Under the pieces are notes generated by a model that saw only the letters and a list, made by a program, of their open reading frames with translations, made no database searches and had not been told where the DNA came from. A stretch of DNA of 64,000 nt. Origin: Chrysemys picta bellii (Eukaryota). The stretch's first letter is position 1, and every line of letters begins with the position of its first letter. Shown here piece after piece: positions 45,734-59,491 of the stretch. Position numbers and translations under genes: made by a program. Where the stretch lies: the NCBI RefSeq assembly GCF_011386835.1, contig NC_088791.1:191084001-191148000 (forward strand), in the 5' to 3' direction.

Positions 45734-48700
45734 GTAAGTAATGCTCTTCTCGTCAGTCATTTTCATGGCTGAGTAGTGTTGACCTATGTAAACTTTGTTC
45801 TGCCTCTGATGAAGATAATAGAATGAAACCCTAGCATTCATCAGGAATCTCTTCTAAGCAATTGTTTAATTTTAATAACAGACTTTTTGTTGGCATTGAG
45901 TATGCACTTTTAGGGGATTCAAGAGGATTCAAGTGTGTAGTTTGATTGAAAATGCAGCAGAAAAATGTGAAGGGTACAGGATTTTACAGGTTACTCCACA
46001 TAGGCAGACCCCTGCACTCATGATGAACACTGAGGCTATGAGTCTTCAGGTGCAAGTGCACAAGGATTTGCCCACACATTGTAATTGTAGTATCAAGGCC
46101 TTAATGTTTTTGTTAAGATGCAGTGATTCACCAGATTCATTTTTTCCCCAAGAGCATATAGCACATTATTTAAGAAAATGGAAAACAAAATATACATGTG
46201 GGAGTCCTCTACAGTCAGCATAATGTTTCTTTGCCAGTCATATTAATTCTCTTACCTCATTCGCAGCTTCTCTGTTGCTGTTCAAAACTACCTCCTACTT
46301 TATATGAAAACAGGGAGGACTGAGCAAGTAATCTGGTTAACAGAGGATGTGAACTGGAGGATTCATGTGATGCACTCCAAATTTCCATGGGGCTTGAGGA
46401 GGAAAAATCTAGTAACTCTTCCTTACTTACTCCCCTTAGGAGCTGAGCTTCCCTGTATTGAGACTATTTCTTTTAAGTTAGAACCGTTTAAGGATGCTGG
46501 GCTGAAATCACTGAGCATATTGAATAGATCTACTCACTTTGCCACCATGCATAGGTTGTCAGTGTCCCTATATTCTATTCTGTATCATGATTCTATTCGC
46601 TATCACATGGCAATATTTGGATGCAACTAGCTGGTTCCCAAGTTGTTGAGCAGAAATCCATTATGTTAACTACACGTTTCCACATAAGACTGGTGACTGA
46701 GGCAGCCTTAGTCAGAGGCAAGACTCAAGACACCTGGGATGTTATTCCAGATGCTGGAAAGCTGTAATATGGAAGTTCATTTGCTCTTCATTGATTGCTG
46801 CCTGCATCAGGAATGACTTCCAGATCAAGATGTGGAAGACGACTTACCTAGAAATGTGAGGAACTTAAACTCTTTATTGAGGGCATGACCATAACCAAAC
46901 ATCACATATATGATTATAGCACTGAAAACAGCTCTTCAACTGTGTGGCAAGATGCAACAGATTTTGAGACTCTGATATGACTGGGGGGGTATCTCTTTAT
47001 GCAAAAATGGAGACCAACCAAAAATTAAGGCTAAAAACAGTAATATCACACATTGTTTTCTTGGATCCTCTGCCTCTTTCCTGCCACAAGGAGCAGAGCT
47101 TCAATTTAATTTTTATCTTTGGGGAAGAGGAGGAATCCACACTGTGAAGAATTGTAGTGAGGAGTTAATATTTCTTGAGTTTCTTTTTTGCTATTGGTTA
47201 TTAGATGTAATAGTTATTTTGGTAGCTGAAAGAAACTTCAGTATACTCCCACCCTAAAATAAATAAGTCATTTATATATTTTTCTTTGGTTTGTCTGTTC
47301 CTATCCATTCTCCCTGATTTTTGGAATAGTTTTGTTTCTGTTCCTTATGTGTGTGCTTTGCTTCCTGACTTCACCTTGGGCCACATCTTATGCCCCTCAC
47401 TTCACTCCTTTGTCTTTTCCCTCTCTCAGCCACACTACAGGTGCTAGAGTAGCTTTATATTCACGGCATTTGGGGAGGGAGGTAGATTATTAAATTGTTC
47501 CCAACTCCAGCTAGTCTCATTGCCTGAAGAAATGAGACGATGAAGAGTTGAACAGCTCAGCATGCTGCCTTGTCCCACCCATACCACATTGTTGGAGCCA
47601 GTGGAGGGAGAAAATATCCGGAAACAAGAGCTGGTTTAGCATGAGCAGAGATGTAGCCCCTACTCAGTATGTTCAGCTTTCCCTGGGGGAGTGAGAGCAC
47701 TTTTCAGGGAGGTGAGCTTCTGCCGCTGCAGTTTCACTTAAAGCTTCACTTGGAGGCCTTTCTGTAGCTGCAAGCTATGAAGCTGTGTGATCTTTTTCAT
47801 TGCTTAAAAAGTAAGGGGAATCTCATCCTGATATGTGAGGGTTTACCTGTGTAACTCCTTGCTTAAGGTGGTGATACTTCATTTATTTGGTTGTTGCAGG
47901 ATTTTTTGGAAAGTGGTTTGAGTCACAATTATTAGAATACACAGATATGCTTCATGTATTTCCATTACCTGACTCATTTACACATTAGAAGCCACATTTA
48001 TTTTCCGTGAAAAAGCAAAATCTTGTCATGTTTAAAATTTTTTAATATGTAATAATTTTCTTAACAGTTTGAGATATATATTCACAGTGTTTAACCTATG
48101 ACATAAAATGCTTGTTAAATTCCTGATTGTTTTGGTTATAGTCGGTATATTTAATATTGTCCTTTTTAGTTGACTTTCAGTGTTTTGAGATATTATTTCA
48201 AGGAATGGTTTAAAAGTGAGCTGCAAAGGATTTCAGAAAAATTGGGCTTGTGCCCCATTTTTGTTTCTTTATGACTTCTTCTTTCCCCCTCACTTTTACC
48301 TGAGAAATATCAGGAATGTCAACTCTGGTCTTCTATAGTTTTTGTGGGAGTACCTTTTACGTCTTATTGGATGAATATTGTGAACGTTCACCTTAATATA
48401 AGAGGCCATGATGTTGAATCTTTAAACAATGTCTCCAAAATGTTAATTAGTCAATTAAGTTAAATAGGCATTGACCAAAACACACACTCACTCTCTCTCT
48501 CTCTCTTTGGAATTTTAGGTATTCTTAAGGACTTCTTCCCTTCTCAGTTCATGTTTTCTTACTCTTGTAAAGTTTTTGTTTCACTGTTTCTCAAGTCACA
48601 CAGACCTGAATTTCTAAAGTAAAAACCAAGCAGAAAAAACTAACACTTTTTTGGGGGTGGGGGAGGAACCCTTTAGGCCTTTATACACCATAAAGAAGCA

Positions 48701-48932
48701 AAAATAAAAAAAAATGCACAGACCCAATTTTTTCCTCCTATGCAAGTCTCTTTAATTATATGCCTCCTGTGATATGAAGGAAAAGTGAATGCAATGTTCC
48801 ATGTTACTTTTAAATATATATAAAGTGTGAATAATATTTTGTGTATGTGTGTGTGCTGTTTTTACTTTCATAAAGTTTGGTTGGCCTGGTGGAAAAACTG
48901 ATTTAGTATTGCAACAGGCCCTAAAATTATTA

Positions 48933-49729
48933 CCGTATATACTCGTTCATAAGCCGAATTTTTTTAGTAAAAAAAGGGAAGCACCAGAGAAGGGGGTCGG
49001 CTTATGAACGGGTATAGAGAGGGAGAGGTGGGACACAGCCCCTCCCCCCAACAGAGGGAGCAAGGAGAGGCAGCACAGCCAGCAGAGACAGAAGGGAAGA
49101 GGTGGGACCAGAGTCTCTCTGCTTTTGGCCACGCTGCTCTCCCCCCAGCCTCTGGAGCAGCTGCAGCTCCTGGGCTGGCAGGCTGCAGCCGTGTGCCGCT
49201 TGGTCCCCCCACTCTCCCCAGAGCAGGCTGTGGCCGCCCGGCCCAGCCTGCTGGAACATGCTGCAGCTGCGCTGCACTGCCCGGCCTGCCGGAGCAGCTC
49301 CAGCCAGGCCAGAGACATCCTCCCCAGATAAGGTGGGAAGGGATGGGATGGGATGGGGAGACTGTGGGGGTCCTGGGCTAGGGGTGGGGTCATGTGGGGG
49401 GTGGTCACAGGGGTTACTTCCCTGACTCCCAGCTTCTCCCCCGCAAAAAAATTTCCCCACCAGTTGCTGTCCCGGCCCGTGAGGGTAAGCAGTTGGCGCA
49501 CCAGGACGCTTTGTTTACTTAGGTTTACCTCCGTGCCTGTGGACGGTCGAGGTAAACAAACCATCTCAGCCCACCAGCGGCTTATCCTGATGGCCCGGGA
49601 GTCAAAGTTTGCTGATTCCTGAATTATAGGGACGGTTTATGAACGGGTTATAAAAAATTTCCATTTTTACGTCTCCATCTTGAGGGGATTGGCTTATAAA
49701 CGAACCGGCTTATGATCGAGTATATACGG
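48933..49729. mobile_element. Non-autonomous Tc1/mariner(pogo)-type DNA element, complete
   Basis: TIRs CCGTATATACTCG / CGAGTATATACGG flanked by TA on both sides. Confidence 0.85.
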
Positions 49730-49809
49730 TATATATGTATGTCTATACATATACGTCAGCCTTCAGAAATCTTTAAAGGCCCACTAATTAATATTTAATA
49801 TTCTTATAG

Positions 49810-49973
49810 ACAAGGCCCAGCTACTTGAAATAGCCAAAGCTAATGCAGCTGCCATGTGTGCTAAGGCTGGTGTCCCCTTACCACCAAGCCTACTGCCTAT
49901 TATAGCTCCAGCAAAGAAGGAGGAGAAAGTTACTCAGAAGTCAGCAAGAGATACAATAAAGGAGCTCACTGAG
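49810..49973 (+). CDS. SON: SON exon 4 (DKAQLLEIAKANAAAMCAKAGVPLPPSL...TIKELTE)
   Basis: Diagnostic KAQLLEIAKANAAAMCAKAG; tag| and |gtaagg; 164 nt. Confidence 0.98.
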
Positions 49974-51559
49974 GTAAGGAAATTAAATTTGAAAATAACT
50001 AACCAACTGTTACTGTTAATAACTAGGTGTCTGGTCAAGCTGTAATTCTGTATGTTTAATTCTCCTGAAAGTCTGCTTGTGGGAAGACTGCAAGATTGAA
50101 CCCTAATTGTTTATCATGTTTTCTTCACAACTTATATTAATATGGAAAATTTGATATTTGTCATCTTATAGCCGTCAGTCACTGACTTTTATAATTTAAA
50201 AATATAAAAATTTCACACTTTTTACTCTCTGAATCAAATTTTATCCTTTACTGCACATGTTCAGCTCCTCTAGATTTTGGTGAGACTTACCTATGCATAT
50301 CCATGGACAGAATTTGATGATTAAAATTATGACCTGTACCAATTGCAGTATATTAAAGTTTTTTGTTCAGATCACGAAAGAAATCTTTGCACCTTGTTTC
50401 TTCTGTCACAGGAAACTTCATGCTGTCTGATTTTGCTAAGTTCTGGGATGTGTTCTCAAGTTTTCACACTGAAAAATTTCTATTCAAAGATGCCATTGTG
50501 TCATTTTAAAACTATCACAGTTCTGACATCTAAGCTTTTTTATGAAATAAAATAATAATTTTAGTGTTCATGGAAAAGGTGCCATTTCACATAAACAAAG
50601 ACTGAAATTTGACTATCCACATATTAGGTATAACACGGTATAGTGGCAGTGCAGGCTTCCCCCCCATTGCCCCACGACACAGATGTGCTTGAACCTTGAC
50701 TTGGAGGGACTTGACACAGATAATAGCACAGTCTCCAAGTATATTCAGTTTTTGGTTTCTGCTGAGACTGACCAGAAGTGTGCCATTGCAATGGTAGTTT
50801 TTGTGGTATGGCTCCTTCTCAACTCCGAATAGGCCATCAAACAATCATCAAATGGTTATAACTTCTGATTGCTGTTGATATGAACTGGAGTTGAACCAAT
50901 AAGTTATAGATGATTGGCTCTAAATCTTTTTACCAATCCCCTGAGCCATGTAATGTCTCCAATTTGTTACTAATATATAATGATGAATGGTGACATTGCC
51001 ACTATTTTCTCTGCTCCTTTTCATGACAGAAAAACACCATTAATTATTTTGGCTGTCAGAATTTCCAACTTTATAATGTTCTCAAACTCACCTCAAACCA
51101 ATGCAGTTACAGATACCTCTGGAGCAAAAAGTACAAGCCAGTCTATAAGTAATAAATAGTAATTTGTTATTAAATGCTAGTCCACCAGTTGTTTTCAGGA
51201 AAATATCTGTTCTCTCATATTCCAGTCATAGTGTTACTGCCTACCCTAAAGTTGCTTTTACATATTCTTGGAAGAGTAACAACTTGGACTGCCAAATAGA
51301 TTTATTTTTAGCACCTCCCCACTTACTGTACATTTTTAAGTTTCACTTCCACAGTATGCAAAGTGGGATTGTCCTGTTCAGTTCTTCTAACTTGCAAAAC
51401 ATTTCAGAGGTGTCCTAGTCTTTCTTTTAAAACTCTTGCACCTGGGAAGATTTCTGCACTGCCAGTGAAAACCAGTAATTGTTTCTTGGGTTTTTCCTTG
51501 CAGTCATTTTGTGTGGAAATCTTCTTGCAGACCAACTAAATAAGTGAGCTGTCTTTTAT

Positions 51560-51740
51560 TATTAATAATTATTTATTATTTTATTTTATTTATTACTACT
51601 ACTACTACTACTATTATTAAACATTTATGTTGTGGTGCCTAAAAGCCCCAATCAGGAGAGGGGGCCCCATTGTCCTGAGTGCTAGTGCTGTACAAGCACA
51701 TAGTAAGAGACAGTCTGTGCTTTTGAAGAGCTCATAATTT
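51560..51740 (-). mobile_element. L2-like LINE 3' end with simple-repeat tail
   Basis: (TTA)n/(CTA)n tail followed by GGCCCCATTGT...GCTGTACAAGCACATAG..AGACAGTC..GAAGAGCTCA. Confidence 0.5.
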
Positions 51741-52059
51741 GAGCCTTGGATCCTTCAAATAGCTCCATGCAGCCCCTTTGATTATACTAGGCCTCTCGAT
51801 GGATAGAAGAGTAGGGCTCAAAGCCTATCTAGACAAGATGGACACACTTCAATGGATAGAGAATGTACAAGTAAATGGCAGAGGTATACGTTCATGCTAG
51901 TTGAATTTTTTTTTAAGATTTCCCCAAACGATCAACTCCTCCTTTATAATTCCTTTATTCCTGATTTTAAATATTTATGTCAACGAATTTGTCATTTCTT
52001 GTAGAAATAAGGAATGTTTCTGTCCAGATGTTCAGATTGATTGAGTTATTTTTTGGTAG

Positions 52060-52200
52060 AAATGCAAGAAGATTGCACAAAGCACAGATGACGTGATCGT
52101 GAACAAGCCTCATGATTCTGATGAAGAGGAGGAAGAACGCCCTTTCTACAATCATCCTTTTAAACTCAATGAACCTAAACCCATTTTTTTCAACTTAAAT
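52060..52200 (+). CDS. SON: SON exon 5 (KCKKIAQSTDDVIVNKPHDSDEEEEERPFYNHPFKLNEPKPIFFNLN)
   Basis: Translation match; tag| and |gtaagt; 141 nt, phase 0. Confidence 0.97.
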
Positions 52201-52580
52201 GTAAGTACTTTAATCAATTATAGATTATAAATGTTAATTTTGTTTTATTTTAGCAAATTTATGTAGGTACAGGAAAAACAAATTTGGTGACCCTTATCAG
52301 TGGAGGAAATTTTAGTTTGTTACAGAATTATAGTTTTTATCTTGACATGGATTTGCAATGGAATGTTAACAAAATTTCAACAACAACATACCTACTTGAA
52401 TGCCATAGTAAGAGACTGGTCAAAACCCAGTGAAGTCAATGGCTAAGTTAAGAGAAACTTTTGGCGCTAGATTAAAACTCACTATTTTTCTTTCTAGAGA
52501 CATTGTCTGATTAAAATTAATATATTTAAAAATAACTGATTTCCTTTAACAGTTTTTTAAAGCTAATTTTTCAGTACTTA

Positions 52581-53110
52581 CAGTAGAACCTCAGAGTTGC
52601 GGACAGCTCGGGAATGGAGGTTATCTGTAACTCCAAAATGTTTGTAACTCTTAAAAAAACGCAGCTCCGGCTCCAACAGTTCACACTCCATGCCAGGTTC
52701 CAGAGGCAGCTAGACACTTCCTTGCAGGCAGCTTCTTTCCCGGCCTGGGCAAGCTTGTTCCCCTCCTGATTGGTGTGGGGTGGGAGGGGCACTGGTGGTG
52801 AAAACAGCTCTCTCTTTCCCCCCCTGCCCCCCCCAGGTCGGGGGAGGGGAGCGTGAAAACAGCACCTCTGGCTTACGGGAAAGCAGCACAGACCCCAGTG
52901 CTGCTCCTGCTCTGGCTGCCTTGGGCTGGCAGCGGGGGTCACAGCTTTGCCTGCGAATTTCAGTGTCTTCAACGCCTACACCTAGCTGTAAGTGGGTGCC
53001 CGGCATGTAGGGGTTGGGTTGGGGTAGGGGTGGGGACAGACTGCCTAGATGTGCCTACCTTTAAGATGCAATACAGGCAAAGTACAATATTTGTCTTTAT
53101 TCTTAAAAAC
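52581..53110. mobile_element. Tigger/pogo-like non-autonomous element, one end only
   Basis: TA + CAGTAGAACCTCAGAGTT terminal sequence; no matching right TIR found. Confidence 0.55.
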
Positions 53111-53780
53111 CTGGGCTGGTAATGAATGCTGTATATTATTGAGGTTGCCTGACACTTCCCATTATAGGATCATGTTTTCAGTTGCTTATAACTTTGCCAA
53201 ACTTTAAGCATTTGGGCTGAAGTTTTCCATGCCAGATGGCTGCCTAAGGCTGAATATACTTTTCTGGAAAATTTCAACCAGAATGGTTAAGCTGTTTCCG
53301 AGAATTGAACCTAGGTAAAATACACTTTTTTTGCCCATGTTAGAAGATTCTGGCAACCGTTTAGGTTCTCTTGTTATTTTTTGAACAGCTTTAGCACCCC
53401 TATGCTTTAAATCAGAGACTTGAAATTTAGCAGGGATGTGGCCTTTGTATCAGGGATGTATATGCCTCTTGCTGTGCCCTTGAAAATCTGACCAAATATG
53501 GCCAAAATATAACACCTTGAAAAATCTTACTTCACACATGCTCAGTAGAGATTTTTTCATATTTTATCTAAAATCTCTGAAGATTTCATCCTTATTGAGC
53601 ATGACTGAATCTCTCTCCGCTCCTAGTGCTGACTAGGCTTCACGGTATGGCGATCAAAGTCATGAAGAATATAAAAAAAACGTACAATTAAATGAAATAC
53701 TATGTTTTTAAGGCTGGTATTATTTGTTACCCAGATAAGGCTCAGAATAATAAATTAGGCAATGTAACGGTGTAGAGATA

Positions 53781-54252
53781 GAGCTGCCCAGCCTGCCAGA
53801 GCAGCTCCAGCCAGGTCAGAGACATCCTACCCTGGCCCTTCCCAGATAAGGTGGGAAGGGATGGGATGGGGAGAGTGTGGGGGTCCTGGGCTAGGGGTAG
53901 GGTAATGTGGGGGGTGGTCACGGGTTATCCCCTGACTCCCAGCTTCTCCCCCCCCAAAAAATGTCCCCACCAGTTGCTATCCCGGCCGGTCAGGGTAAGC
54001 AGTTGGCGCGCCGGGACGCTTTGTTTACTTAGGTTTACCTCTGTGCCTGCGAATGCTTGAGGTAAACAAACCATCTCGAACCACCAGCGGCTTATCCTGA
54101 TGGCCTGGGAGCCAAAGTTTGCTGACCCCTGAATTATAGGGTCGGTTTATGAACGGGTTATAAACAATTTCCAGTTTTACGTATCCATCTTGGGGGAGGG
54201 GGAGGTGGAGGTTGGCTTATAAACGAACCGGCTTATGATCGAGTATATACGG
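53781..54252. mobile_element. Left-truncated second copy of the 48933-49729 element
   Basis: Aligns by eye to about 49280-49729; ends CGAGTATATACGG+TA. Confidence 0.85.
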
Positions 54253-55078
54253 TACTTTATAGCTTAGAATGCAAATATATTTTTGTTGGTTTCATGTTTT
54301 CATATGCTCAAAACTTTCTGAAGTATTCACCTTTGGGGTAAAATTTTCCCTGTTTGGCTTCTCCCCAAAAGTGGATTTTTTTTATTTTTTGAAAGATTGA
54401 AGAAAATACCTTCAGCTGTTTTTTCAGGTTTGAATGAGTGGAAAGAAAATGAAATATAGAACATTTTTTCCACTTTAAAACATTCTTGAATATGTGGAAA
54501 ACTTGTGACTGAAGTTTGGAATGGTCTTACAGAGAGTTTTCGGTATATTTTTTGCCAAGTTATCTACCATGTGGACACTCTTATTTTGGAGTAAGAGTGG
54601 CTTTTTTTTGGCTTAGTTTAAATCCCTTCCAAAATGAATGTCCAGAATAAGTCTGTCCACACAAGGAGTAATACCAATATAACCAGTAGTTTAAATTCAT
54701 ACACTACTTTCTACTGGTATAACTTCTCTGTGTATAGAGAAGCTCTTACTTATGTGTTTAGCTGTTCACAGGATCAGGACCAAACACCGGTCATGTGAGG
54801 GCTGAGCAAAGGATACTGTCATTGCTGCTCAGTTTAGAAACTAGAGGCTTAACAATAGTTAATTAGGGGGGCTAAGTTTTTGATTGAACTCCATTGAGAG
54901 TGTCAAGAACAGTGAATAGAGCACATCCTCCATCACTTGCCTTCATTTTAAATCAATCTACCAAATGCACTTCCTTGTTTATTGGGGACATTCAGCACCT
55001 CAGAATGGCAATGTCTAAGTGTTTGGACTTGCTGCATAATCCTTTACACACTGTTGTGGAACTTCTTTCAGGTACTGA

Positions 55079-55288
55079 GTGGGGGGTGTGTGGGAAATGC
55101 TGAAAAAGTTCTATGGCAAAATGAAAGCGGTTCTACAGTGGGTGAGTGACTGGAAGAAAACTTCTTCAGATCATACAGATTTAATTAGTTTTATACAGGA
55201 CAACAAAGCATTTCAAAATAATACTGATGGACAGAGGAAGAGTTTAATGGACTGGGTGTACCAGAGAAAAATGGAATATGCTTATTGA
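55079..55288 (+). mobile_element. Possible decayed pogo/Tigger transposase HTH fragment
   Basis: VSDWKK and L.DWVYQ.K motifs loosely resemble psq/CENP-B HTH segments; weak. Confidence 0.25.
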
Positions 55289-56214
55289 ATGTCTCGCTTC
55301 TCTAAAAGACTTACCAATATTCTAGGATCTTTGTTGCCTGCTGGTACTGTTGCCTTCATGCTGAGTGAAAGGCATCCCACTTAAAACAAACAAAACCCTT
55401 TTTCCTGTACTATTTTCCTATGCAGAAATCCTCAGTTGCAACACAGACTGCTATAAATAGCAAGGAACTTAGAAATGCTGGAGTTTGCATCTTCTCAAAC
55501 TAAAACATTTTTTGGATTATATGTCAGCATTATTACAATGCAAGAAAAGTTTTTATCACCTTAAACACAGCTCAGGAAACTCTGGGACTTTATTTTTGCT
55601 GTATCCACAAAAAACTGTACCAGGAGTGAGGTGATAAGCCATGTGTTTTGTAAACCTGAAGAAGCTTCTGGTAATATATTAATTGTAGATGATAGTGTAG
55701 CTTTTGGACAGTGTATATTGTATTCTGTCTGCGAACTGATTCAGTTTAATTAGATCCCATGGTTTCATTGCTGTTAATTTTTTATTTTTGTTAATATAAT
55801 AGTATTTGGTTTTCATTATATAATTAAATCTCCCAAAAGGAATATGCAGTACAAGGGGAAGAGGGTGAGGAGAGTTCTTTATGGCAATGTGTTCTCTCTT
55901 GCTAGTGTGATCAGATTGACTGTACCTTGTAGGCCCTTAGTTTCCTGACTTCTCATCTAGAGGTGGAGTCTGTTAATATCCCCTCCAGGACATCAATCCA
56001 TCATCTGTGAACAACTCTAGCAGGTTTCTCTTTGGCTAGGTTTGCCTAAGATTTAATTGATCAAGATGGTGTTGTTATAGTACTACAAGTGTACATAGTA
56101 CAGCAATATGCAGTAAGTGAATTGTGCTTAGCCAGCCCCTGCCATTAAGAGCTGATAACATAAAACCACAAGCAGGAAAAATATGTTGCAATACACAGAT
56201 AGAGGGGAGACCTG

Positions 56215-56431
56215 AGAGCATGGGACTTGGAATTAAGAACCCCTGAATCCTAATCCTAGTTTTGACACACATTTCCTTCTGTGGCCTAGGCAAGTCATGT
56301 AATGTTTCTGACTGTTTCCCCATGTGAAAAATGGGTCTAAATCTTACCTACCTCACAGGAGTGTTGAGGAATAAATAATATTGTAAAGCTATTTGAAGAT
56401 AGAAAGCACTATATTAGTGCTAAGTATTATT
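56215..56431 (+). mobile_element. MIR/CORE-SINE-like remnant
   Basis: TGTGGCCTAGGCAAGTCA...TGTTTCCCCATGTGAAAAATGGG...CTACCTCACAGG...TAAGTATTATTA. Confidence 0.6.
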
Positions 56432-57622
56432 AGAACAAAGAGAGAAGTATATTCGTATAGATGAGTTTTTAGAATTTTTTTGGAAGAGAGAGAGAAGGCA
56501 CTGTTCAGGAGTCAAAACTAGATACATTCTTTTTGATGTATTAATTATAATTGTTCTTTATATACATGCTTTCCAAACAATAGCTTACAGTTGTTACTTT
56601 GTATAAATTTAATTGTAGAACTATAGTAAGTTAATTTTATATGTACTTTATATGTTCCTTCGTTCTGTCTTCTCTTTATTTTGGATATACTGTACACTGT
56701 TGAAATCAGTGATACCTGCACACTTGCTCTCTGTTGTTTTTATATTTGTATATTCTGTATAAGCATCACGTGGCAAGATCTAGCTTTGACAGTGCATCTA
56801 GGTCTTGTTTTTCTTGGGCACACAACATTTGATCTTCTGTTTTTGCAGGTTTTATTCCATAACTAAGTATATGTAGCATTCTACGTTGATAGTCCACTTC
56901 AATAAAACACAAGTGCAAAATGTGTCATCTCTGTAACAGAATAGGAATATATTCTCTTCCAGAAGCAAGTAAAGATATGATGATGCTGTTAAATGATACT
57001 TTGAGTTACTTAGTTTTCAGTTTCTTTATTTACCTGCATTTTCCCCATATTTAATGCTTAAACTATATATGTGCCAGAAGATTTAAAAAGCAATCATTTT
57101 AATTGTGTGAGTACAACAAGTATTCCATTAACGTAGTTGAAGCATTTATTTTTATTTTGTGAAACGTCATGATTTTTTAATGTGGGGGGAAGGGTCCAAA
57201 GTCACATCTTGGATTTTTCACAGAGCAATCAATGTTTTCTTCATTCTTTAGAATTAGGCATTTCCTGTATTGTTCTCATCCTCAGCAATAATAATTTTCA
57301 TTTATTTAGCACCTTTACTCCCTAATAATTCTAACACTGTTTATGAACTGAAAGAAAAACTACCCATTTAGGTGTCACTTCACTCATCATATGTGAAACA
57401 AGGATCCAGTCTCAAAATTTTAAATAACATCTTCCCAATTTTTAGTTCAGAGACTGTATCTTTAGAGTTTTAATTTTAATACCAGCTCAGGAGAGAAAAT
57501 TGAAATAGTGTTTGGCACTCAGTGTTCACAAAACCTACAGTAATTGTTTCTATTGAATAGGACCATGTATGCATATTGTGCTTTATCATTTCCTAATCGT
57601 AAAATGCTTCTTTTTCTTTAAG

Positions 57623-57805
57623 ACCACTCCTATCGTAAAACCAGCACCAAAAAATCAGGTAACTTTGACAAAGGAGTTCCCTGTCTCATCTGGGTCTCAA
57701 CACAGGAAAAAGGAAGCTGACAGTGTCTATGGAGAATGGGTTCCAGTTGAGAAAAACAAAGAAGAAAGCAAAGATGATGTTTTCCCCAAACCAGCTCTTG
57801 CACAG
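57623..57805 (+). CDS. SON: SON exon 6 (TTPIVKPAPKNQVTLTKEFPVSSGSQHRKKEADSVYGEWVPVEKN...PALAQ)
   Basis: Diagnostic QVTLTKEFPVSSGSQHRKKEADSVYGEWVPVEK; aag| and |gtaggg; 183 nt. Confidence 0.97.
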
Positions 57806-59059
57806 GTAGGGAAGGGAAATAACACATCTTATTTTACAAAAAGAAAGCTGTTACCTGCTCGCTCTGGGATCTAGTTGTAAACTTTGTAAAGAAATTGTTC
57901 ATATCAGTTGTGTTTGCCCTTTTAATGACTAAATCGGCTAACCTATTTTGGCTTTTGGAGATAGGCTGTTCATATGAGTGCTAATTATTGCAGCATATAG
58001 TCAGCCATGGTATTTCCGTCTGTCCACGGGTGACCTCTTAGTTTCTGTGAAATTTAATCTTTCACTTCAAAATAAAAACTAAGCTTCTAGCCCTTGTCAT
58101 TGCCAAGAAAACCTTCCAAGCTTAGTCTTCCTGAACCAGAGAACCTAAAACAATAGTTATCAATGGCCTACCAATGTTAAATCAACATCAACTTGAAATG
58201 TAATCAATTTAAAAAATGATTTGAAAGTAGTTTCCAGTACTACATATATATACCTGACTGTGTCTGCCCATTTCTGTAGTTTTACAATCACATTTTCCTA
58301 AATATTTGTCTTCTCTCTTGTTTTTTATGTAAAACCCACAAAATGTAAAGAAGAAATTGACTATGTATAAAGTGGTGCTGTCAAATACACAAAATAAACA
58401 AAGTGGAAAAAATAGAATAGTGAAATAGTAAAAATTTTCTTTAATCACTTTCAGTCAAAGTAATATTTTGTGTTTCTTGTAAATATAGTAGGCAAAACAA
58501 ATATTTCACCTGCAAGTGTTGGTTTTTTCTTTTTAAAAACAAAAACCTGTAACATTTATTTTTTAATGCCAGAACTCTGTTAGCTGGCTGTTTCTTACTG
58601 AATTAATATATTTTTAAATTTGACAAGTTCAGTATTAAAGGACTATGTGTGAAGAGCTTCATTGAATGTATTTTAGTACTGGTTCAGAATTACATTGAAA
58701 TGCAGTTGTTTTTTACTATTTATTAATTTAGGAAGTATTAACAGGTTTAGAATCCTTGCCATGTAAATATCGGAAGCAAAAGAATAATCATAACAACAAT
58801 GAGCTTTTGTTTAAAGAGACATTATACCGGAATATAAACATCAGATCTCTATTTAGGAGGACTTTCCCATATTACAGAGTGATCATCATTACAATACCTA
58901 TGACATTTTGTTTTTAGTTATTTTATTTAATTGAGTGAAATCTCCGATTACACATATTTAACAGACCAGGATGTCTATCAAATGTAAATATTCAAAAAAA
59001 AATTGAACAGGTGTGGTGGGGTTTTTTGCAGGTCAATGTACTTTGTCTGAGTATTGAAT

Positions 59060-59445
59060 AAAAGGTAACTAAACATCTAAGTATCTATTTGTCCTCTGTC
59101 TATTTTGCTGAGTACATAACTGGTGTGTTAATTGTTCTATAATAACCGCCTTCCATATTTTTGAGCCATTCCTCTACAGTTGGACTATTTTTCTTTTTCC
59201 AATGAGAGTCTATCAGTTACTGAGGAGCTACTAGTAGATGAGAGATTAATTCTTCATTACTTTTTGTGTGACCATTTCCTCTAGGAAGCCACATGAGGAT
59301 TACCAAAGGATCATTTGGTAATAAATATCCAAAAATATTTGGTGATGGATTACATCCCAGTATTCTCTGATGACTGGGCATGTGCCCCATATATGCATAA
59401 AATCTCTTCTTTCACTATGATTTCTCCCAACATTTGTTCCCATTC

Positions 59446-59491
<46 letters not shown>

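Noticed and set aside
57806-57874. Read-through of SON exon 6 (VGKGNN...SGI*) as a short-isoform terminus
   Set aside because: No similarity to a recalled SON isoform tail and no convincing nearby poly(A) architecture.
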